Assembly (NCBI GenBank): GCA_964565515.1
Contig: CAZMFA010000002.1
Location: 1 to 58,743, forward strand
Length of the DNA: 58,743 bases
From: an uncultured Candidatus Saccharibacteria bacterium
GTDB lineage: Bacteria > Patescibacteriota > Minisyncoccia > UBA6257 > GWB1-50-10
Reading direction: 5' to 3'
The notes beneath the pieces were generated by a model that searched no databases, had not been told where the DNA came from, and saw nothing but the letters and a program-made list of their open reading frames with translations. The translations under genes were made by a program, and so were the position numbers. Positions 52,578-58,743 of the stretch are shown here, piece by piece. How positions within the stretch are numbered: position 1 is the first letter of the stretch; each line of letters starts with the position of its first letter.

Positions 52578-52690
52578 CCCCGTTAGAAATGTGCTGGAGG
52601 AGGGACTTGAACCCTCACGTCCTTGCGGACACTAGCTCCTGAAGCTAGCCTGTCTGCCAATTTCAGCACTCCAGCATATTTCTAACGGGG
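52578..52690 (-). repeat. palindrome arms enclosing tRNA-Leu(CAG) (E7)
   Basis: CCCCGTTAGAAAT (52578-52590) and ATTTCTAACGGGG (52678-52690) are perfect 13-nt complements that extend the tRNA acceptor stem. Confidence 0.7.
52592..52675 (-). tRNA. tRNA-Leu(CAG)
   Basis: 84-nt class II tRNA: acceptor GCTGGAG/CTCCAGC, anticodon arm CTAGC-TTCAGGA-GCTAG, variable arm GTCCGCAAGGAC, T-arm GAGGG-TTCAAGT-CCCTC. Confidence 0.85.
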
Positions 52691-52713
52691 TGAACCTGCG
52701 TTCTCCCCGGATG

Positions 52714-53691
52714 CTATTGAAAACGTTCCTTCAGCTCATCGATGATTTTTGTTTCTTCCGGTGCGACGCCGTTTTGTTTAGCGAGGCCGAGCGCGGTCCA
52801 CCAAGCGAACGCGACGCCGTTCCAGAATTTCTCTTCTTCATTTTTCCCTGTGAGGGGGATCATTGCGCTTTTAATGCCGCGCTGTTCGAGTTTTTGCGCG
52901 ACGAATTTCACTTTATTCTTAACCTTCCGTTCGAGGGCGGGGTCTATGAGCCAAAGGACGAACCAAGGTCCTTTGATGTTTTGAAAACCGACAATTTCGT
53001 TGTGATTGATTTCCGGGTACGTATTCCAAAATGCGGCGTTCTTTCCCGTTTCATTGAAGCTGATCTTCCAAATATAGCTAAGAGCCGCATGCGCTTCATC
53101 GGAATAAACTAAAATATTTTTCCCCTTGAGCTTTCCGGCCAACGAGGTGCCGCGTGCGGAAAACCGTGCCGCTTTGATCGTTCGGGAGAGGTCCCGAACG
53201 GCGACTGCGGGGAAGATCGCTTGGAGTACGCTTGCTATTCCGTAGTACATCATGCCAGATGCTTCGCGTGGTGTCAAGTCCCCGGGGTCGAAGGAGGCCG
53301 CGGGGATCTTTTTTTGTTCGGCGATCCTCCTCATGATTCCGCCCTTGCCCGTTACAATCGCAATGCCGGATTTCTTCTTCGTTTTCAGGGCTTCGCTAAG
53401 GCAATGGATGGTTTCTTCGGTGTTGCCCGAAAAAGAGATGCAGAGGTAAAACGGACGTCTGAAGGGAAGGGGAAGCAATCCGCCGTTCTTTAAGGTTACG
53501 ACGGGGACGGGAATGCCGAGGGGCGCCGCATGTTCCCGGATGATGTCGCCTACGAGACCCGAGCCGCCCATGCCGCAGACGACGACGGCGTCCGGCTTTG
53601 GTGTTTTGAGTTTTTCGAAGTTCGCCGTCTTGATGTTCTGGACCGAAAGCTGATCCTCGAAGCGGCGGAGATTTTTTTCGAATGAAGTCAT
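52714..53691 (-). CDS. SIS-domain phosphoglucose/phosphomannose isomerase-like
   Basis: 325 aa; CGMGGSGLVGD and a second SIS-like half. Confidence 0.65.
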   Translation of the reverse strand: MTSFEKNLRRFEDQLSVQNIKTANFEKLKTPKPDAVVVCGMGGSGLVGDIIREHAAPLGIPVPVVTLKNGGLLPLPFRRPFYLCISFSGNTEETIHCLSEALKTKKKSGIAIVTGKGGIMRRIAEQKKIPAASFDPGDLTPREASGMMYYGIASVLQAIFPAVAVRDLSRTIKAARFSARGTSLAGKLKGKNILVYSDEAHAALSYIWKISFNETGKNAAFWNTYPEINHNEIVGFQNIKGPWFVLWLIDPALERKVKNKVKFVAQKLEQRGIKSAMIPLTGKNEEEKFWNGVAFAWWTALGLAKQNGVAPEETKIIDELKERFQ

Positions 53692-55298
53692 GGTTTTATT
53701 ACTTGCACTTCCGCAATCGACCAGTGGCTCACGTCGCGGTAGAGATCGGAAGGCGATGCAACGTGGCCGCTGGCAAATCCCCGAAGCTCATCCGAGTGGA
53801 TGTATAGATAGGGAAGCGAGAAAAGGAAAGCTGCCGGATCATCGTTCAAGATGGTCGATTGGAGGTTTCCGAGGAGTGTTTGCCGGGTGCCTTCGTTAGA
53901 AGTTTCTCTGATTGTTTCCATAAGATTGTCGGCCTTGGTGCTTTGGTACGAAGCAAGGTTGAGGCCGGGATAGGTGATTTGGGAGGAATGCCAGAAGGGG
54001 AAAAGGTCCTCGGGGTTTTGAAGGAAATTCCCGAAAAGGAGCGCGTCGTAATCCCTGGTTTTGAGCGGAGAATTCACCGGGTCCGCCATAGCGACGGTTT
54101 GAATGCTCACGTGGTCGATGCCGATGCTTTTCCAGTCGCTTTGGATGATCTGCGCCACATTTTTCAAGAATTGGACGTCCGGCACCGATAAGGTGATGGC
54201 AAGAGGCTGATTCTTGTTCTTCGATTTGTACTTGCTGACGAGGCTTGCTGCCGTCGAAGTGCCCAGGGTCGACGTTGCCGGCGGGATCCCTGGAGCAAGG
54301 ACGGGGCTCTCGACCGCCGTTGCTTCGGGGCCGAGTACCTTGTCGATGATTCCGTTTTTATCGATGCTCATAACGAGGGCCGCCCGTATATTCGGGTCCT
54401 TCAGTATGGGGTTCACGGCCGGATTGAAGAAGACGGCGTAGTAATCGGATGCGGGGATCGTGTCGACGACAAACCCCTTCAAAAGAGAAGCGTCGACGCC
54501 GGTCGGCCACATCGAGCCGTAGCCGTTTATTTGATGAAGCTCCAGCGCTTGGGTGACTTCGTCGGTGTTCTCGAAAAACTTGAACGAAAAGGTCGGTATG
54601 AGCGGCTTAGTTCCGGTGTAAAAGGGGTTTGCAGCAAGTTCGTATGACGTTATGAAGCCGTCTTTCCTCTTCGAGAAGCTTTTGAAAAGATACGGGCCGC
54701 TCCCGATCGGTTGCAGCTTGTAGTCCGAGAGTGAGTAGTTTTCTGCGGGTATCGATCCGTAAATATGCTCCGGTATCACAGGGAGGTTGTCGACGTTATC
54801 CATGAAAAAGACGTTTTGGTTGGGGAGCGTTATTTTTATTTGAAGAGAACTCACGCGTTCCGCCGAGACTCCTTGCCAACTTTGATAAAGGGGGGAGTGG
54901 GCGTTGTAGTTCTGCACGGTGTTGATGGTAAAAAGGACATCGTCGCTTGTGAGAGGTTGTCCGTCGCTCCATTTCAAGCCGTCCTTAAGCTCCAAAGTAT
55001 AGGTTTTGCCGTCGGAGCTTGCATTCCATGTTTGGAGAAGCTCGGAAAGCCGGGAATATAAAAGAAGGCTCATTTCTTGATCGGTTGGATTTGCGGAGAG
55101 GATCGGGTTGATGTTGATCGGCTGGCCTACGACACCTTCCGTATATGAGCCGCCGGGTATGGAAATGAAAGTGCCTGAATCGCGAATGATGATGAATGCG
55201 AGGAATAGAAGGAGAAGAACGGCGAGTATAATACCGCCGAGAAAAAGCTTCCTTTCTTTCGTTGAGAATTTCCGAAATAGTAAATTAAGTAGGGGCAT
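53688..55298 (-). CDS. ABC transporter substrate-binding protein, family 5 (peptide/nickel type)
   Basis: 536 aa; N-terminal anchor; the family call rests on overall length and the pattern (YTLELKDGLKWSDGQPLTSDDV). Confidence 0.7.
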   Translation of the reverse strand: MPLLNLLFRKFSTKERKLFLGGIILAVLLLLFLAFIIIRDSGTFISIPGGSYTEGVVGQPININPILSANPTDQEMSLLLYSRLSELLQTWNASSDGKTYTLELKDGLKWSDGQPLTSDDVLFTINTVQNYNAHSPLYQSWQGVSAERVSSLQIKITLPNQNVFFMDNVDNLPVIPEHIYGSIPAENYSLSDYKLQPIGSGPYLFKSFSKRKDGFITSYELAANPFYTGTKPLIPTFSFKFFENTDEVTQALELHQINGYGSMWPTGVDASLLKGFVVDTIPASDYYAVFFNPAVNPILKDPNIRAALVMSIDKNGIIDKVLGPEATAVESPVLAPGIPPATSTLGTSTAASLVSKYKSKNKNQPLAITLSVPDVQFLKNVAQIIQSDWKSIGIDHVSIQTVAMADPVNSPLKTRDYDALLFGNFLQNPEDLFPFWHSSQITYPGLNLASYQSTKADNLMETIRETSNEGTRQTLLGNLQSTILNDDPAAFLFSLPYLYIHSDELRGFASGHVASPSDLYRDVSHWSIAEVQVIKP

Positions 55299-55357
55299 TA
55301 AGTGCTAGCGCGAAGCTATAGATGGCAATGTGTTGCAAGACGGCAGTAATTTACCGT

Positions 55358-55564
55358 TTACAGCAGATTAGCTATTGCCAAGCCGGCAAAAATAACGGCA
55401 AAGACGATAGTTGCGTAAAAGATCGTTTTCTCGAGCCCTCTCCTTGTCTGGTAGGGGGTGGCGCCTTGACCCCCGAAAACGCCGGAAATGCCGCTTGCCC
55501 GCTCTTGAATGATGACGAGGACGATGAGGATGATTGAAACCGCTATTTGGAGCGCGAGGATCAT
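55358..55564 (-). CDS. secG: preprotein translocase subunit SecG
   Basis: 68 aa with two TM helices and a G-rich loop, SGVFGGQGATPY. Confidence 0.7.
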   Translation of the reverse strand: MILALQIAVSIILIVLVIIQERASGISGVFGGQGATPYQTRRGLEKTIFYATIVFAVIFAGLAIANLL

Positions 55565-55927
55565 TTATTTTTTATATCCGAGTTTTGCCGATGAACTTAC
55601 GATGAAGTTTACGAAGCTTATGATAAGCGTTGCAATGATAAGTTCCTTCAATCCTTGAATTGTAATCGCTTGGCTCAGCATGTCAAGGATGTAGATTGAA
55701 ACGGCGTTGATGACGATGGTAAAGAGGCCGAAGGTGAGAAGGATCAGGGGGCCCGAGAGAAGTTTCAGGATGGGCTTGAGGAATATATTGATGACGGAAA
55801 GGATGAGTGCGGCGATGGCAAGGTCCTGTACTCCTCCGGAAAAGAATCCCGGGACCGCGTAGTTGGTCACGAGTATCGCGATGATGTTCGAGAAGATTTG
55901 GAAGATGAACCTGCCGATAAGCCTCAT
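55565..55927 (-). CDS. four-helix membrane protein, phage-holin-family-4-like
   Basis: 120 aa with 4 TM helices; the pattern resembles the YvlD/holin-4 family. Confidence 0.5.
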   Translation of the reverse strand: MRLIGRFIFQIFSNIIAILVTNYAVPGFFSGGVQDLAIAALILSVINIFLKPILKLLSGPLILLTFGLFTIVINAVSIYILDMLSQAITIQGLKELIIATLIISFVNFIVSSSAKLGYKK

Positions 55928-55929
55928 GG

Positions 55930-56562
55930 TTATTGGAGGGATTTATCGAAACTCCCGATCTCTTGAAGGAACGTTTGGTTGAGGCGGTTGATGTCGTCAA
56001 CCTTCTGGTTGATTTCGGCGAGCGAGGTTTTGATGTTGTTTTCGATAGTCGGATTGTCGTTCGTAATCGACGCCGAAAGAAGGGTAAGGAAATTATCGAG
56101 GAGTTTCGTGTAGGTTATGAATTCGTTGGTCAGCGAAATTTCGGTTGCAACGGCTTGGGCCGCCAAGGCTTGGCTCGTTGTCGAGGTAAAGCCGCTCAGG
56201 GATTTCGACATTTCTGCGAGACCAGCGGAAAAACTTTGCGCTTTTGCGACCGCCTGAGCATTCGTTTGCTTGGCGTCTTGAATGGCCTGGAGAGCTTTTC
56301 CCGTCTCGCCCGCCTTTTTGGCCGCTTGGATCGTCGAGATCTCCTGCGACATTTCCTGATTCAAGCTTGCGATATCCTTGCTGATCTCGGAAAGGTTTTG
56401 CCGGGAGGTGACGAAGCTTTGGGGCGGTTCCATGGTACTTTGGCCTGCTGCCGCATAAACGGCGAGGCCGACGATTGCAATGACCGGCACGACAAGGAGC
56501 GTTATTTTTTGCCGCAAATGCTTGTCTTCGATGACGTCGGATTTCTTGCTCTTAAATTTCAT
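55930..56562 (-). CDS. membrane-anchored coiled-coil protein
   Basis: 210 aa; a single N-terminal TM helix followed by an A/Q/S/T-rich helical region. Confidence 0.45.
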   Translation of the reverse strand: MKFKSKKSDVIEDKHLRQKITLLVVPVIAIVGLAVYAAAGQSTMEPPQSFVTSRQNLSEISKDIASLNQEMSQEISTIQAAKKAGETGKALQAIQDAKQTNAQAVAKAQSFSAGLAEMSKSLSGFTSTTSQALAAQAVATEISLTNEFITYTKLLDNFLTLLSASITNDNPTIENNIKTSLAEINQKVDDINRLNQTFLQEIGSFDKSLQ

Positions 56563-56600
56563 TTCCTAGACTCTACCATTATTCGGTCCGTTTTTCCAGC

Positions 56601-56629
56601 TTGTCACAAGCCGCCTTTTTGTTTAAAAT
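56601..56629 (+). promoter_or_regulatory. tRNA-Gly promoter TTGTCA-17-TAAAAT
   Basis: TTGTCA at 56601-56606 and TAAAAT at 56624-56629, 14 nt before the tRNA. Confidence 0.55.
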
Positions 56630-56643
56630 GGGAATTGTCGCGT

Positions 56644-56714
56644 GCGGGTATCGTATATCGGTATTACCTCAGCTTTCCAAGCTGATGAGAGGGGTTCGAC
56701 TCCCCTTACCCGCT
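56644..56714 (+). tRNA. tRNA-Gly(UCC)
   Basis: Acceptor GCGGGTA/TACCCGC, anticodon arm TCAGC-TTTCCAA-GCTGA, T-arm AGGGG-TTCGACT-CCCCT. Confidence 0.85.
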
Positions 56715-56847
56715 CCGAATTTAAAAACCTCCTTATTTCTTGCCCTTTTGTGGGGTTATTGGTACCATCTTCTTGACGCTTGTTACGCAGTGTTACACTT
56801 CGAATTTGTAACGCAGAAACGAAATCGGAACAGCGTCGTTTTAACCT

Positions 56848-57417
56848 ATGGAGGACGAAAAGCTCTTGAGAAAAGCCAAAAAAGGGGACAGCTCTTCGTT
56901 TGGCGAAATATACGACAAATACGCCCCCAAAATATACCGGTATTTCTTTTTGAAGCTCGGAGGAAGGAAGGGTGAGGCGGAAGACCTCACTCACGAAGTC
57001 TTCTTGAGCGCTTGGAAGAATATGGAAACGTTCGATGTGCGGGGAGTGCCCTTCTCAAGCTACCTTTATAAGGTTGCTCGGAATGCGGTCATCGACTACT
57101 GGCGGACAAAGCGCCCGGCGGTCGACATCGATGTCGTCCCCGAAGAGACGTTCTCTGCCGATTCGGATTTGGCTCAAAAATTGGACTTCGATTCGGATCT
57201 CGCGATGGTGAAAAAGCGCGTTGCTTCTCTCGAACCGGTGTATCAAGACGTCCTTATCATGAAGTTCGTCGACGATATGACGAACCGGGAGATCGCAAGC
57301 GCACTCGATAAGAGTGAAGGAGCCGTACGAGTCATCCAGCATCGCGCTTTGAAGCAACTGAAAAGAGAAATAGAAAAACATGAATCGGGATTTTCCCAAA
57401 CAACTGAAGAGGCTTAG
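56848..57417 (+). CDS. ECF-type sigma-70 family sigma factor
   Basis: Region 2 (DLTHEVFLSAW, YLYKVARNAVIDYWR) and a region 4 helix-turn-helix (NREIASALDKSEGAVRVIQHRALKQL). Confidence 0.8.
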   Translation: MEDEKLLRKAKKGDSSSFGEIYDKYAPKIYRYFFLKLGGRKGEAEDLTHEVFLSAWKNMETFDVRGVPFSSYLYKVARNAVIDYWRTKRPAVDIDVVPEETFSADSDLAQKLDFDSDLAMVKKRVASLEPVYQDVLIMKFVDDMTNREIASALDKSEGAVRVIQHRALKQLKREIEKHESGFSQTTEEA

Positions 57418-57856
57418 CTCTATAGAGCCGGACGCCGCCTTCCTCGCAAGGAGCAAGGCGACCATTCTTTCCCTTGAGCGGGGAGGAAGGGTCGGCGTGC
57501 GCACCTATTTGGCCGCTTGGGCGACCTCGTTTGCTCTCATCGTCCTTTTGGTAGTGGGATATGCCCTTTTGCCCCTCTTCACGCCGGGAAGATCCAACAG
57601 CTTGCCGATTGCAAGCGCCGAGACGCTCAGTAACGAGCTCCAAGGCATGAGTATCAATATCGCTTTGAACGAGGTGAGCTACAACAATCAAGTGAGTCAA
57701 ACAATCGACAACACCATTACCGCGATCACAAGCAACAAGGCCCCGCATTTGAATACCGAAGTCCTCCAATCGGAGGGTTCGAAGCTTACGACGGGAGTTT
57801 CCGCGACTTCGACAGATGAGCAAATCAATGATCTCTTGAATCAAATTTCCCAATGA
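57380..57856 (+). CDS. putative anti-sigma factor (single-pass membrane protein)
   Basis: It overlaps the sigma gene by 38 nt. It has a central TM helix (WATSFALIVLLVVGYALLPLF). The call rests on position only. Confidence 0.4.
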   Translation: MNRDFPKQLKRLSSIEPDAAFLARSKATILSLERGGRVGVRTYLAAWATSFALIVLLVVGYALLPLFTPGRSNSLPIASAETLSNELQGMSINIALNEVSYNNQVSQTIDNTITAITSNKAPHLNTEVLQSEGSKLTTGVSATSTDEQINDLLNQISQ

Positions 57857-58743
57857 GGTATCGATCCGCGAAGAAAATTTTAATCGTGACGGCGATCGTA
57901 GGGCTCGCGGGTTTGGGCTTTGCGTCGCCGGTCCTCGCCGATGGCAGCACGAGCACAAGCGCGGTCAATCAAGTTTTTCAAAGCGCAAAAGACGCGCTCG
58001 ACAATCTCCTCTCGGCGAAGGATGCGGGCGATGTGAGCGACGTGACGCTCCGGGTCAGCGCTTTCAATCAAGTGTTGGACCTTTCGACGGCCGAAGCAAA
58101 GGACTTCGAGTTGAAGCTTTTGACGGTCGACAAGAACGCCGATTACAACCTTTGGGTAAAAAGCGCGCTGGACGGGTTGACGAATGCTTTGGTCTACTAC
58201 GATTCCGAGCGGCAAACGCTTGCAAGTTCCTCGCCGACCCTCGACGGCATCAAATCGATGGCAGCGGATTTCAAAACTTGGAGAGAGAAGAATTACGTAC
58301 CCCTCTTGAATCAGTTGCAAGATTTCTTCTTGGTGCGGCAGGAATTTTCCGCCATTGGGACGTCCGAAAAGAGATTGAGCAATATTCAAAATGACCTTTC
58401 CACGTTGAGTTTCTCGTCGAAAAACCAAAAGGCCATCAACGGGATGCTCGATGCCGCATCGAGCGATATCAAAAGCGCAAAAGATCTCAACGATCAAGCC
58501 TACCAATTGTTTTTGAAGAACGACGTAGAGCCTTTAACGGCGACATCGACTGAAGCGACATCGACTGAACCGGTTGCGACGTCCACCTCCCCCTCGACTT
58601 CGACTGCAACTTCCACCGGCGCGACAGAAAGCACGAGTACCCCTCAAATCGTATCAATCAAAGGTTTGGTCGGCGAGTCACTCAGCAGGATCAAAGACGC
58701 CTACCAAAACTTTATTGATATAAGCAATTTAGTGAGGAAATTG
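57853..58743 (+). CDS. secreted protein, 3'-truncated by the window end
   Basis: Hand-translated open frame from ATG 57853 (ATGA overlap) to the window edge. Signal peptide MRYRSAKKILIVTAIVGLAGLGFASPVLA; S/T-rich linker with a tandem ATSTE repeat. Confidence 0.55.
   Translation, partial: MRYRSAKKILIVTAIVGLAGLGFASPVLADGSTSTSAVNQVFQSAKDALDNLLSAKDAGDVSDVTLRVSAFNQVLDLSTAEAKDFELKLLTVDKNADYNLWVKSALDGLTNALVYYDSERQTLASSSPTLDGIKSMAADFKTWREKNYVPLLNQLQDFFLVRQEFSAIGTSEKRLSNIQNDLSTLSFSSKNQKAINGMLDAASSDIKSAKDLNDQAYQLFLKNDVEPLTATSTEATSTEPVATSTSPSTSTATSTGATESTSTPQIVSIKGLVGESLSRIKDAYQNFIDISNLVRKL

Noticed and set aside
6368-52690. The recurrent GTTTCTAACGGG-type repeats could be a CRISPR array.
   Set aside because: The copies are scattered at gene junctions over 46 kb and occur as inverted pairs. 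They are not regularly spaced direct repeats separated by unique spacers. No cas genes are present.
1-58743. Alternative genetic code (UGA recoded), as occurs in some candidate phyla.
   Set aside because: Well-conserved genes end at TGA where expected (tsaE, the 6459 ORF, murB). No conserved protein needs read-through of TGA, so the standard code fits.

Overview
This 58.7-kb chromosomal window has the gene content and style of a small-genome, uncultivated bacterium. A Patescibacteria/CPR-like origin is my inference from that content, not a database result.

**Layout**
- 124-12278: twelve same-strand genes for a Gram-positive-style type IV secretion/pilus-like apparatus. They include a VirB6-like membrane protein, a PrgI-like protein, an apparently split VirB4 ATPase, a pilin-like/zinc-peptidase fusion and several secreted or anchored proteins. 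No relaxase or coupling protein lies in the window.
- 12288-16572: the origin neighbourhood, jag-yidC-rnpA-rpmH facing dnaA-dnaN, with DnaA boxes.
- Remainder: housekeeping genes. These are a class A PBP, ruvC/yebC, a histidine kinase, polA, tsaE, ruvB, a PilB/GspE ATPase, holA, rpsT, ruvA, murE, two metallo-beta-lactamase RNases, glmM-like, murB, a membrane-anchored Clp/Hsp100 ATPase, infC-rpmI-rplT, smpB, argS, ileS, trpS, pgi-like, a peptide-binding protein, secG and an ECF sigma factor.
- RNA genes: tmRNA, tRNA-Arg(CCG), tRNA-Leu(CAG), tRNA-Gly(UCC), a truncated tRNA-Leu(CAA) and a 6S-like candidate.

**Most unusual signals**
1. At least eight loci carry elements bounded by the same inverted repeat, CCCGTTAGAAA/TTTCTAACGGG.
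   - They sit exactly at cistron junctions in the sense orientation.
   - They supply stop codons and abut the next start codon.
   - Three copies carry a 35-codon mini-ORF, one sits at the break in virB4, and one encloses a whole tRNA.
2. A histidine-phosphatase domain is inserted inside IleRS.
3. Degenerate copies of the tmRNA 3' end lie in tandem downstream of ssrA.
4. infC needs a non-canonical start codon.
5. Several promoters place the -10 hexamer a fixed 8 nt before the ATG, implying leaderless mRNAs.
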